A stretch of DNA of 64,000 nucleotides from Eubacteriales bacterium (GTDB taxonomy: Bacteria; Bacillota; Clostridia; Oscillospirales; CAG-272). Of the stretch, positions 26,973 to 36,512 are shown piece by piece. The translations under genes and the position numbers were made by a program. Each line of letters starts with the position of its first letter. Position 1 is the first letter of the stretch. The stretch spans positions 2,621-66,620 of the forward strand of contig JAZOVV010000039.1 of assembly GCA_045658925.1 (NCBI GenBank). Direction: 5' to 3'. The notes beneath the pieces are model-generated. The model saw only the letters and a program-made list of their open reading frames with translations, had not been told where the DNA came from and did no database searches.

Positions 26973-27746
26973 ATGTCTTATTTGGAAAGCATTATGCACT
27001 ACGAATTATCTTTTAAAATGATTGAGCGCGACTATAAAGCCTTCCTGCAGGATGGCTTTTATGCCTCTCCCAAAACCGATACCTCTCTGCATAAGCATAA
27101 CTATGCCGAGGTGCACGTTCTTGGCGAGGGACGCGCGGATTTTCTCATCGATAACCAACTGCTTACCGTCAACGGCCCTGCTATCCTTACGATTCCCGCA
27201 CCGATGATGCATTGCTGTACCTATCAGGATGAGACTCTTTTACATACGGCTTTTCAAACCGATTGCAAAGCCGAAGAACTCCGCACCTATCCCATAGAGA
27301 ACGGCATTGTAAAAGCCTTTTTTGAGGCGATTGAGCAATGTCAGTTGACGGGGAATTACAGTACGGTCGCACTCTATATTCCACTGTTTTGCAGCTATTA
27401 CCGCAAGGAGCACCACACCGTAACCGAAATCAAGGATTATAACTTCCTCATCAGCGAATTTTTTATTCTCAATTATGATAAGGACGTTTATCTTTTGGAC
27501 CTTGCCGAGCAGCTGCATATTTCCGAACGCCACGCCGAAAGACTTGTTTTGCAATATACGGGAAGAAGCTTTCGCGAGGAGCTTGTTGCCGTGCGTATGC
27601 GTATTGCAAACCAACTGATGCAGGCCGAAAACGTATCGCTTGAACAAATAGCAAAATACGTCGGATACCGATCCTATTCCGGCTTTTGGAAGGCAATGAA
27701 GCGTTACGAGGCAGAGCAAGCTCAAAAGCAGGATACCACAGCTTGA
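26973..27746 (+). CDS. AraC-family transcriptional regulator
   Basis: C-terminal double HTH (LLDLAEQLHISERHAERLVLQYTGRSF ... LEQIAKYVGYRSYSGFWKAMKRY). N-terminal cupin-like sensor domain. The start could instead be ATG 26994. Confidence 0.85.
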   Translation: MSYLESIMHYELSFKMIERDYKAFLQDGFYASPKTDTSLHKHNYAEVHVLGEGRADFLIDNQLLTVNGPAILTIPAPMMHCCTYQDETLLHTAFQTDCKAEELRTYPIENGIVKAFFEAIEQCQLTGNYSTVALYIPLFCSYYRKEHHTVTEIKDYNFLISEFFILNYDKDVYLLDLAEQLHISERHAERLVLQYTGRSFREELVAVRMRIANQLMQAENVSLEQIAKYVGYRSYSGFWKAMKRYEAEQAQKQDTTA

Positions 27747-27776
27747 TAGATTCAAGGGAAAGGTGAGGAATATGAA

Positions 27777-28496
27777 ATGAAGCTTCCCATCAAAAAACGA
27801 TATCTCATTCCGCTTTGCGCCTTGGCGCTTGCCCTAATTACGCTGGCGATTGTTTACTTTGCCATTGTTTTGCCCCAAAAAAGGGAAGAAGAAAAGATAC
27901 AGGAAATGGTTCGCGCCTATCGAGAGACAAAGATTGCGCAATACGAACGTGAGAATGCCGAATACGACGATTACGAGGTTGATGTTGCTTTCATCGGTGA
28001 CAGCTTGACCGACGGCTATGACCTTTCCAAATACTATCCGCAATACGTTACGGCCAACCGCGGTATCGGTGGTGATACCACTTTTGGTTTGGAAGAACGT
28101 CTGCAAGTTTCACTCTACGATCTCAAACCCAAGGTTGTTGTTATGCTCATCGGTGCCAACAATATGGATTCGATGTTTGAAAATTATGAGTCCATTTTGC
28201 AAAGCCTCAAACAAAATCTACCCGAGAGCGAAATCGTGCTTCTATCTCTCACCGCAATGGGGGGAGAGCATTGGGGACGTAAAAACCAACTTGCGGCATA
28301 TAATAACGTAACCATCAAACTGCTTGCCGAGCGGTATGGATATGCGTTTGTGGATCTTTACACCCCACTCTATGATGTTTCTATTAGAGAGGTCTATGAG
28401 GGATATACCGTCGATGGCGGACATTTTACAAACGAAGGATACACCGTTGTTACCGAACAAATAACACCGGTTCTCGAGAAGCTTTTAGGGAAATAA
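27777..28496 (+). CDS. Membrane-anchored SGNH/GDSL hydrolase (esterase)
   Basis: N-terminal TM helix. Block I is VAFIGDSLTDG, followed by later GxND (IGANN) and DGGHFT blocks. Confidence 0.8.
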   Translation: MKLPIKKRYLIPLCALALALITLAIVYFAIVLPQKREEEKIQEMVRAYRETKIAQYERENAEYDDYEVDVAFIGDSLTDGYDLSKYYPQYVTANRGIGGDTTFGLEERLQVSLYDLKPKVVVMLIGANNMDSMFENYESILQSLKQNLPESEIVLLSLTAMGGEHWGRKNQLAAYNNVTIKLLAERYGYAFVDLYTPLYDVSIREVYEGYTVDGGHFTNEGYTVVTEQITPVLEKLLGK

Positions 28497-28504
28497 AAAG
28501 ACAT

Positions 28505-28537
28505 AAAAAATCCAATCTATGAGATTGGATTTTTTTG
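28505..28537 (+). terminator. Rho-independent terminator
   Basis: aaaaaatccaatct-N4-agattggatttttt hairpin. Confidence 0.85.
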
Positions 28538-28546
28538 CATTTTGTA

Positions 28547-28575
28547 TTGCATTAAAAAAATAATTGTGTTATAAT
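28547..28575 (+). promoter_or_regulatory. sigmaA-type promoter of the M18-DUF1846-DUF2974 operon
   Basis: TTGCAT-17 nt-TATAAT with a TGt extended -10. Confidence 0.6.
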
Positions 28576-28620
28576 AATACCATCTATATTCTTTTTTGTC
28601 GATGCAAGAGGAGGGACGTT

Positions 28621-29949
28621 ATGTCAACAGCTATCAACGCGCTTATGAATTTTATCGAAAAAAGCCCCACGGCTTTCCACGCCGTCGCATCCTGCGCCGA
28701 AATTTTAGAGGCACAAGGCTTTGTTCGTCTTTGCGAAACCGACGAATGGAAGCTTGAAGCAGGTAAGGGCTACTATATTACGCGCAACCAATCGTCTGTC
28801 ATTGCGTTCCGCATCCCCAAAAATAAGCCCCGCAATTTTTTGGTTGCGGCAAGCCACACCGACTCTCCTATGTTCAAGGTGAAGAGCGAGGCGCTCTCTC
28901 CCGCATTCGAGCAATATGCGCGACTCAACGTTGAGCCTTACGGTGGTACCATCTTTTCTACGTGGCTCGACCGTCCGCTCTCGCTTGCAGGCCGCGTAAT
29001 CATCTCGGTTGGGGATAAGATTGAGGCACGCCTCATCGATTTTGCACGCGATTTGCTCGTTATTCCGAGCGTTGCCATTCATATGCAACGCAACGTCAAC
29101 ACGGGATATGCATACAATCCCTCCGTTGACCTGTTACCCTTGCTTTCGCAAGATGCCAAAACCGATTTTGTTGGATTCCTTGCCGCCGAGGCAGGATGCA
29201 AAAAGGAAGAAATTCTCGGTTATGATCTTTACGTTTACAACCGCACCGCGGCTACGCGTGTGGGAATGGATAACGAATTCTTCTCGGCACCGCGCATCGA
29301 TAATTTGATGTGTGTATTTGGTACGCTCCACGGCCTTGTGAGCGGTGAGAATAAAGATGCAATCAATCTTTTCTACGCCGCCGACAACGAGGAAACGGGA
29401 AGTGCCACCAAGCAAGGTGCGGGTTCGGTATTCCTATCCGATGTCATTGACCGTATTTGCGAGAGCTGCGGTATTGACCGCCGTCGCGCGTTGGCATCGT
29501 CTATGCTGGTTTCTGCCGACAACGCACACGCAAAACATCCCAACCATCCCGAATTGAGCGATGCGAAAAACGTACCGCATATGAATGGGGGAGTGGTTAT
29601 TAAGAACAATGCCGCTCAAAAGTATACAACCGATGGCATTTCGGCATCTATCTTCGGTGAGGTTTGCGCGCACGCAGGCGTTCCTACCCAGCAATACGCA
29701 AATCGCAGTGATATGCCCGGCGGTTCCACACTTGGCAGCATTGCAACCACACTCACGCCTATGCTCAGCGTTGATATTGGAATGGCACAGCTTGCTATGC
29801 ATTCGGCATATGAAACCGCAGGTGCCAATGATATTTATCATCTTATCAACGCAACCGCCGCTTTTTACAGCACAGAATTGACAGTTTTAGGGGACGGTCA
29901 GTACCGTCTGCAATTCCCCAAGAAAAAAGGAGCGCGTAAAAATGTATAA
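28621..29949 (+). CDS. M18-family aminopeptidase
   Basis: Start at ATG 28621 after a GAGGAGGG SD. FIEKSPTAFHAV N-terminus, AASHTDSP, and DNEETGS metal-ligand regions typical of M18/aspartyl aminopeptidase-like enzymes. Confidence 0.85.
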   Translation: MSTAINALMNFIEKSPTAFHAVASCAEILEAQGFVRLCETDEWKLEAGKGYYITRNQSSVIAFRIPKNKPRNFLVAASHTDSPMFKVKSEALSPAFEQYARLNVEPYGGTIFSTWLDRPLSLAGRVIISVGDKIEARLIDFARDLLVIPSVAIHMQRNVNTGYAYNPSVDLLPLLSQDAKTDFVGFLAAEAGCKKEEILGYDLYVYNRTAATRVGMDNEFFSAPRIDNLMCVFGTLHGLVSGENKDAINLFYAADNEETGSATKQGAGSVFLSDVIDRICESCGIDRRRALASSMLVSADNAHAKHPNHPELSDAKNVPHMNGGVVIKNNAAQKYTTDGISASIFGEVCAHAGVPTQQYANRSDMPGGSTLGSIATTLTPMLSVDIGMAQLAMHSAYETAGANDIYHLINATAAFYSTELTVLGDGQYRLQFPKKKGARKNV

Positions 29950-31426
29950 GATTGGCTTTGATAATGAAAAATATATAGAGCTGCAATCGGCACATATCCG
30001 CCGTCGCATCGACCAGTTTGGCGGCAAGCTTTATTTGGAGTTTGGCGGTAAGCTTTTCGACGATTTCCACGCCGCGCGCGTTCTTCCGGGCTTTGCCCCC
30101 GACAGTAAGGTGCGTATGCTGACACAGCTCAAGGATGAAGCAGAGATTGTTATTGTCATCAGTGCATCGGATATTGAAAAGAACAAGGTGCGCGGCGACC
30201 TTGGCATTACTTATGACCTTGACGTTTTGCGCTTGATTGACGCATTTCGCGCGCTTGGCTTGATGGTAGGGAGCGTTGTGCTCACCCGTTGGGGCGACCA
30301 ACCTGCGGCTCTCAAATTCCAAAGCCGTTTGGAATCTCTTGGCGTGCGTGTTTACCGTCACTACGAAATTGAAGGTTATCCTTCCGATATCGACCGTATC
30401 GTAAGCGACGAAGGATACGGCAAAAACGATTATATCGAGACCTCTCGCTCGCTTGTGGTTGTAACCGCACCCGGACCGGGAAGCGGTAAAATGGCGGTTT
30501 GTATGAGCCAGCTTTATCACGATAGCAAATGCGGTATTCGCTCGGGATATGCTAAATTTGAGACATTTCCTATTTGGAATCTGCCGCTCAAGCACCCCGT
30601 CAATATGGCTTACGAGGCTGCTACCGCAGATCTCAACGATATGAATATGATTGACCCCTTCCACCTGGAAGCCTATGGGCAGACCACCGTCAACTATAAC
30701 CGCGACGTAGAGATTTTCCCCGTGGTGGATGCAATGTTCCGCCGCATCAGCGGAGAGTCACCCTATAAATCTCCCACCGATATGGGCGTTAATATGGCAG
30801 GCAACTGTATTGTGGACAACGATGCTGTTTGCGATGCCGCCAAAAAGGAGATTATTCGCCGTTATTATGCGGCTCTGACACGTCAACGTAAGGATAACGG
30901 CCCCAGAAATGAAATTGACAAGCTCAAGCTTTTGATGCAAACGGCAGCAATCGACCCCGATGCGCGAGAGGTTTCGGTGGCGGCAAAAGCCAAGGCAGAG
31001 GCAACGGGCAAGCCCGCAACCGCTATTGAACTACCCGACGGAACCATCGTTACGGGCAAGACCTCGCGTCTGTTGGGAGCAGCTTCGGCGGCAATCCTGA
31101 ATGCACTCAAAACACTTGCCGATATCGATGACGGTATCGACCTTATCTCTCCCGAAATCCTCGAGCCTATCACCAATCTCAAGGTAGGTCTTTTGGGGAG
31201 CAAAAACCCGAGATTGCACCCCGATGAGCTTCTCATCGCGCTTTCCATCTGCGCGGTTCACGACCCCGTAGCCGCAAAAGCGACCGCACAGCTTTCCAAA
31301 CTGCGCCACTGTGAAATGCATTCCACAGTTATTCTTTCGGCAAGCGATGAACACACCCTCAAAAAGTTGGGTGTCAACCTGACCTGCGACCCCACTTACG
31401 AAACCAAAAAGCTTTATCACGGATAA
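29942..31426 (+). CDS. DUF1846/UPF0371 family protein (function unknown)
   Basis: 494 aa. The N-terminus FDNEKYIELQSAHIRRRIDQFGGKLYLEFGGKLFDDFHAARVLPGF is characteristic of UPF0371. 8-nt overlap (ATGTATAA) with the M18 gene. Confidence 0.8.
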   Translation: MYKIGFDNEKYIELQSAHIRRRIDQFGGKLYLEFGGKLFDDFHAARVLPGFAPDSKVRMLTQLKDEAEIVIVISASDIEKNKVRGDLGITYDLDVLRLIDAFRALGLMVGSVVLTRWGDQPAALKFQSRLESLGVRVYRHYEIEGYPSDIDRIVSDEGYGKNDYIETSRSLVVVTAPGPGSGKMAVCMSQLYHDSKCGIRSGYAKFETFPIWNLPLKHPVNMAYEAATADLNDMNMIDPFHLEAYGQTTVNYNRDVEIFPVVDAMFRRISGESPYKSPTDMGVNMAGNCIVDNDAVCDAAKKEIIRRYYAALTRQRKDNGPRNEIDKLKLLMQTAAIDPDAREVSVAAKAKAEATGKPATAIELPDGTIVTGKTSRLLGAASAAILNALKTLADIDDGIDLISPEILEPITNLKVGLLGSKNPRLHPDELLIALSICAVHDPVAAKATAQLSKLRHCEMHSTVILSASDEHTLKKLGVNLTCDPTYETKKLYHG

Positions 31427-31450
31427 AATTGAACAGAAAGGAGCAACCCT

Positions 31451-32590
31451 ATGGGAACCGTATACGATTATTTGAATTGGCGCGGAGATTTGACGTTTCG
31501 GGCTGCTCCTTTTTGCGAGGTTGACAGTCTAATTCTCTCTATGCTTTCCTATGTGGATATGAAGGATATTGTACCCGCTCCGGACAGAAATGTGGAGTTT
31601 CCCTCCGTTTGGGCGGCGTCCAAAGAGTATTTGGAACGTTATCCTGATCTCAAAAAGGCAAAAATAGGGGTTCTCATTCCCAAAGATATTATCAAAATGA
31701 TGCGGGCACTGCGTTCCACAAAGCGTTTTGGAACTCTTAAAATGTGCAACTATGTCAATGTAATAGACCCCGAAACCGAACTGCAATTTTCAGCCGTTAC
31801 CTTTCTTTTAAACGATGGAACCGCCGTTGTAACTTATCGCGGTACTGACGATACCTTGGTTGGTTGGAAAGAAGATATGAATATGTGCTTTTTGCCGGTT
31901 GTACCGGCACAGCTTAAGGCGGTGGAGTATTTGAAGGCCGTTGCCGAAGAGCATACGGGAAAGCTTATTCTCACAGGGCATAGCAAGGGGGGCAATCTTG
32001 CCGTTTATGCCGCAGTGCATAGCGATGCCGCTATTCGCGAGCGTATCACCGCGGTTTACAGTAACGATGGCCCCGGCTTTGGCAAAAACATTCTCGACGA
32101 CCCCGACTACATGGAAATGCGTCCCCGTATTTGCAATCTCGTGCCGCAATCCTCGGTTGTGGGAATGCTTCTTGAGCACGACGAAAACTTTACGGTTGTT
32201 AAAAGCCGTCAAAAATCGGGGCTTTTACAGCATAACGGACTTTCGTGGGAGGTTTTGGGAAATTCCTTTATTCACCTGGAAGATGTAACGCCCGACAGTC
32301 GCAAGATTGACCGCACGGTCAATCAATGGATACGCGATATGACGCCCGAGCAAAGAGAAGAATTTGCCGAGGCGGTTTATCAGCTCTTCTCGGTCGATGG
32401 GGCACAAACACTCACCGACCTTGTAGCGGCGCGCAAAAAATGGTTCTCTCATACCAAAAATCTTGACCCAAAGGTTCACGAAACCATACAGAGAATGTTT
32501 GCCGAACTGATCGGCATCAATAAAATCAGCAAAATAAAAGATGTTTTTCTCCGAGGAGCGGACAAAAATAAGGAAGAAGTTTTGGAATAA
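31451..32590 (+). CDS. DUF2974 / Mbeg1-like alpha/beta-hydrolase (lipase-like) protein
   Basis: YLNWRGDLTF start region. Nucleophile-elbow motif GHSKGGNLA. Confidence 0.75.
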   Translation: MGTVYDYLNWRGDLTFRAAPFCEVDSLILSMLSYVDMKDIVPAPDRNVEFPSVWAASKEYLERYPDLKKAKIGVLIPKDIIKMMRALRSTKRFGTLKMCNYVNVIDPETELQFSAVTFLLNDGTAVVTYRGTDDTLVGWKEDMNMCFLPVVPAQLKAVEYLKAVAEEHTGKLILTGHSKGGNLAVYAAVHSDAAIRERITAVYSNDGPGFGKNILDDPDYMEMRPRICNLVPQSSVVGMLLEHDENFTVVKSRQKSGLLQHNGLSWEVLGNSFIHLEDVTPDSRKIDRTVNQWIRDMTPEQREEFAEAVYQLFSVDGAQTLTDLVAARKKWFSHTKNLDPKVHETIQRMFAELIGINKISKIKDVFLRGADKNKEEVLE

Positions 32591-32625
32591 AAAAGGAACA
32601 GCACCGTGGTGCTGTTCCTTTTTTG
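32590..32625. terminator. Bidirectional terminator
   Basis: aaaaggaacagcac-N4-gtgctgttcctttt perfect inverted repeat between convergent genes. Confidence 0.85.
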
Positions 32626-32626
32626 T

Positions 32627-33460
32627 TTAGTGTTTTAACTCTGCATATTCTTTTTCAGGCATCTGTTCTTCTACGGATTCCTTCTTTTTTTGAAGACGAA
32701 AATAGATGGCATAAAAAGCAAAAATATATACAACGAACAGTAGAACGACCAGGAGTGGATAGAAAACGGGATGGCCTTTTACAAGATTATAGACAAGGCT
32801 GTAAGGTGTTCCATCGTGGTTCATCAAAAACATATAGTTGTAATCTAACAAAAGGTTGGCTATGTACGCCGCTATGGAAAAGCCGAGAAGAATTCCTATG
32901 GTAATGCCGGCGTTCTTTTTTTTCATACTGGTCATACCGGAAATACCTATATAGAGTGAGGCAAAGCCGGAGATAGAATGTGTAATCCCCGAAAACACAT
33001 TGTCCATCGAGAGGGTAGGGTAAGCACCGTAGTTTTGCGCGGCACCGACAGTCCCGAACACTGCTCCCAAAACGCCGAAGATGAAAACAAAATCTAAGCA
33101 CGCCTCACGAAGTCTGCCCTTGCAAAAGGCAGCCATAGGAATGGCGATGAGTTGAATACTGCAAAGAAAGAGGGGAAGAACATATAGCCAATGCATTGCG
33201 TTCTGTGAACGAATACAAAGTATAACAATTTTTACAATTTCAAAGCTGTTGATTAAAATGGCGCAAGTAATCAAAACCTTGTTTTTTTCATCAAGTGCAG
33301 AATGTTGATATTTTTTGCCGAAAACAATAGCCAAGGTTACCATGAGCACCATAAATATCGAAACGGTGAGAATATGCTGCCAAGACCAAGCGCCCTCGGC
33401 TTCTCGTATATAGTGATAACTACCGCTTTCAAATTTTGCTAGGCCAAAAAATTCTCTCAT
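32627..33460 (-). CDS. Polytopic integral membrane protein (unknown; possibly YwaF/TMEM164-like)
   Basis: 277 aa with about 7 TM helices and lower G+C than its neighbours. Only 30 nt downstream of the preceding gene. Confidence 0.6.
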   Translation of the reverse strand: MREFFGLAKFESGSYHYIREAEGAWSWQHILTVSIFMVLMVTLAIVFGKKYQHSALDEKNKVLITCAILINSFEIVKIVILCIRSQNAMHWLYVLPLFLCSIQLIAIPMAAFCKGRLREACLDFVFIFGVLGAVFGTVGAAQNYGAYPTLSMDNVFSGITHSISGFASLYIGISGMTSMKKKNAGITIGILLGFSIAAYIANLLLDYNYMFLMNHDGTPYSLVYNLVKGHPVFYPLLVVLLFVVYIFAFYAIYFRLQKKKESVEEQMPEKEYAELKH

Positions 33461-33490
33461 AATTTATCTCCTGAATATATGCGCAAAAAT

Positions 33491-34780
33491 TTATTTTTTG
33501 CCAAGCATAATTTTAATAATTTCACGGTCGGTTTCCAGCATACCGTCGCGCGCGAGCTGACCGACGTTGCGAATGGTATTTTCAACGCCTTTTGTGACGA
33601 TTCCGTCACCGCCAAAGAATTCGCGTCCGGATTTTGCCATTTCCCAGCCCATAAAGCCGGCCTCTACCGCCATTGCGATTTTTGCAGCACAGGAGGGCTT
33701 TGCGCCATCGCAAATGGTGCCCGAAAGAATGGCCACCGCATTGACGAGGGTGTGGGCAATTTCGTGGAATTTTCCGCCCTCGAGGTAGCAGATACCTGCA
33801 CCCGAGCCGACACCCGCGCTAATAGCGCCACAGTAGGCGGAAAGGCAACCAATGCCTGTTTTTTGGTGTACGGTAATCAAATCCGCAACAATCAACGCAC
33901 GTAAAAGTTCTTCCTCACTTTTGCCGGTTTCTTGCGCATAAACGATAACGGGAACAGATGCGGTAATACCTTGGTTTCCACTCTCCGAAAGAATGCAAAC
34001 GGGGAACTCGCATCCGCTCATACGAGCATCCGAGCCTGCAGCGGCATAGGCGCGAGCTTTGTCCTTGATACTGACGTTTCCGTCACCCAAAATCAGCTGA
34101 CCGATAGAAGCACCGTAAGGATTGTGCAGACCTTCCTCGGCAATCGCCATATTCATTTTCATTTGGCGCAAAAGATGGGGACGCAACTCGTCAAGCGGCG
34201 TGGTGTCTGCAAATTCAATGATGTTTTCAACCGTCAAAAGGGAACGGTTGGTCGCATTTTTGGTGCTTGCGGCAAGTGCTTCTTTTTGAACGTAACGCTC
34301 AATCACACTTTCACCGTTGCGTTCTGCCAAAACGAGATTGGTGTGGTATCCCGAAATTTGCACGCGCGCCGTGTTTTCAGCACTGCGACCCGTAATTAAG
34401 AGGTCGAACGTGCAAGTGGATTTCAGTTCCGATACTTTAATGGGCGTTCTTTTGAGATAGGAGCGCAGAGAGATACGTTCATCCTCGCCAAGCACTGATA
34501 ACAGTTCAAGCTTTTTATCAAATCTACCCGAAACAATACCTGCCGCAACGGCCGCTTCAATGCCGTGCATACCGCCCGTTGCGGGAACAATAACACTTTT
34601 TACGTTTTTGATGATGTTGCCGCTCAAGGAAATTTCGATTGCTTCGGGTATTTCACCTAAAGCGTCACGCATCAAGGCAGAAGCATAAGCAATCGCAATC
34701 GGTTCGGTGCATCCCATGGCAGGTTGCAATTCCTCAATCAATATTGCTTGATATGTACTGAAAATTTCATTTGTAAGCAT
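33491..34780 (-). CDS. L-cysteine desulfidase family protein (UPF0597, serine dehydratase alpha-like)
   Basis: AMGCTEPIAIAYA signature near the N-terminus. Start taken at ATG 34780 (MLTNEIF...). Confidence 0.8.
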   Translation of the reverse strand: MLTNEIFSTYQAILIEELQPAMGCTEPIAIAYASALMRDALGEIPEAIEISLSGNIIKNVKSVIVPATGGMHGIEAAVAAGIVSGRFDKKLELLSVLGEDERISLRSYLKRTPIKVSELKSTCTFDLLITGRSAENTARVQISGYHTNLVLAERNGESVIERYVQKEALAASTKNATNRSLLTVENIIEFADTTPLDELRPHLLRQMKMNMAIAEEGLHNPYGASIGQLILGDGNVSIKDKARAYAAAGSDARMSGCEFPVCILSESGNQGITASVPVIVYAQETGKSEEELLRALIVADLITVHQKTGIGCLSAYCGAISAGVGSGAGICYLEGGKFHEIAHTLVNAVAILSGTICDGAKPSCAAKIAMAVEAGFMGWEMAKSGREFFGGDGIVTKGVENTIRNVGQLARDGMLETDREIIKIMLGKK

Positions 34781-34801
34781 AAAATGCAATTCCTTTTTTG
34801 T

Positions 34802-34827
34802 AAAAGCTCGCCCGGGGGCGAGCTTTT
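34802..34827 (-). terminator. Hairpin downstream of glnS (weak or leaky terminator)
   Basis: aaaagctcgccc/gggcgagctttt GC-rich palindrome. Only 4 U follow on the minus strand, and no promoter is evident before the next gene. Confidence 0.4.
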
Positions 34828-34834
34828 ATTTTTT

Positions 34835-36490
34835 TTAGTTTTTCGGGAAGCTATCCTTCAAACCAACTACGCGGTTAAAGGTGTTCGGGTTCTTGGTATC
34901 CTTGCAGAAGTAACCGGTGCGAACAAATTGGAAGCCTTCGCCGGGTTTTGCATCGGCAAGGGAAGGCTCAACGACAGCACCCGCAAGCTTGGTAAGAGAA
35001 TCGGGATTGAGGAAATCGAGATAGGTCTTGCCTTCGGGAACGTCTGCGGTGTTCTCAATGTTGAAGAGACGATCATAGAGCATAAAGGTTGCGGGAATGG
35101 CATACTTGGCAGAGAGCCAATGAACGGTGCCCTTAATCTTGCGTCCGTCAGCGGGCATACCGTTTCCGGTTTCAAGGTCGGCGGTTGCGTGGATGCACTT
35201 AATAGAGCCGTCCTCGTTCTTTTCGATACCTGCGTATTTGATGATATAGCCACCCATCAAGCGAACCTCGCCCTCGGGCTTGAGGCGGAAGAACTTGGGA
35301 GGCGGAACCTCTGCAAAGTCATCGGCATCAATGAAGACCTCGCGCGTCATAGGAACGTCACGTGTGCCGAGCTCGGGCTTTTGAGGATGGTTGGGAAGAG
35401 CAATCATCTCTTCCTTATCTTCGGGATAGTTATCAATGATAACACGAATGGGATTGGCAATACCTACGCGGCGCAAAGAGTTTTCATTCAAGTCGTTGCG
35501 TACGCAAGCCTCGAGCTGACGAACGTCAACGGTGTGGTCAGTGTTGGTAACGCCTGCTTCGCGAACAAAGGTAAAGAGAGCTGCGGGGGTGTAGCCGCGG
35601 CGGCGCAGACCGCACAGAGTGGGCAGACGGGGGTCATCCCAACCGTCAACGTAGCCTTCCTCTACGAGCTGACGCAGATAACGCTTGGACATAACGGTGT
35701 AGGTGATGTTCATACGACCAAATTCCCATTGGTGAGGCTTTTGAGTGAAGCCAATCTTTTCTACAACCCAGTCATAAAGAGGACGGTGGTTACGGAATTC
35801 GCTGGAGCACAAAGAGTGTGTAATGCCTTCAAGTGCATCCTGAATGGGGTGAGCAAAGTCATACATCGGGTAAACGCACCATTCGTCACCTTGGCGGTGA
35901 TGATGGATGTGCTTGATGCGGTAGATAACGGGGTCACGCAGATAGGGGTTGTCCGACGAAGGGTCAATCTTTGCACGCAGGGTACGCGCACCGTCGGGGA
36001 ACTCACCGTTCTTCATACGCTCAAACAGCTCAAGGTTCTCTTCAACCGTTCTGTTGCGGTAGGGAGACTCCTTGGAAGCCTGCGAGCGGTCGGTGCCCTT
36101 ATAATCGGCGATTTCATCCTTAGTCAGGTCGCAAACGTAAGCGTCGCCCTGTTTGATGAGCTGAACGGCAAATTCATAACACTTGCCAAAATAGTCGGAG
36201 CCGTAGAACACGCCACCCGTGGGAGTAGCGCCCAGCCATTCAAGGTCCTCGCGAATGGAGCGAACAAACTCGTCCGACTCCTTTGCGGGGTTGGTGTCGT
36301 CGTAACGGAGATTAAACAGACCGTTGTATTTGTTGGATACGTCGGTATTGATGCAAATTGCCTTTACCGAGCCAATGTGGAGATATCCGTTGGGCTCGGG
36401 CGGAAAACGGGTGTGGATCTTGAGCTCGGGATTTGCCTCGAGGTCACTGTCGATAATATCAAGAATAAAGTTTCTTTCAAGTTCTGCCAT
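34835..36490 (-). CDS. glnS: Glutamine--tRNA ligase
   Basis: Start at ATG 36490. HIGH region TRFPPEPNGYLHIGS and KMSKS region VMSKR. About 551 aa. Confidence 0.9.
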   Translation of the reverse strand: MAELERNFILDIIDSDLEANPELKIHTRFPPEPNGYLHIGSVKAICINTDVSNKYNGLFNLRYDDTNPAKESDEFVRSIREDLEWLGATPTGGVFYGSDYFGKCYEFAVQLIKQGDAYVCDLTKDEIADYKGTDRSQASKESPYRNRTVEENLELFERMKNGEFPDGARTLRAKIDPSSDNPYLRDPVIYRIKHIHHHRQGDEWCVYPMYDFAHPIQDALEGITHSLCSSEFRNHRPLYDWVVEKIGFTQKPHQWEFGRMNITYTVMSKRYLRQLVEEGYVDGWDDPRLPTLCGLRRRGYTPAALFTFVREAGVTNTDHTVDVRQLEACVRNDLNENSLRRVGIANPIRVIIDNYPEDKEEMIALPNHPQKPELGTRDVPMTREVFIDADDFAEVPPPKFFRLKPEGEVRLMGGYIIKYAGIEKNEDGSIKCIHATADLETGNGMPADGRKIKGTVHWLSAKYAIPATFMLYDRLFNIENTADVPEGKTYLDFLNPDSLTKLAGAVVEPSLADAKPGEGFQFVRTGYFCKDTKNPNTFNRVVGLKDSFPKN

Positions 36491-36512
36491 AGTATTTAAA
36501 ACCTTTCTCTTA

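Noticed and set aside
34802-34838. The strong-looking + strand terminator (GC stem followed by ttttatttttttt)
   Set aside because: There is no + strand gene upstream to terminate. The same palindrome serves, weakly, as the glnS terminator on the minus strand, and the T-run belongs to the spacer.
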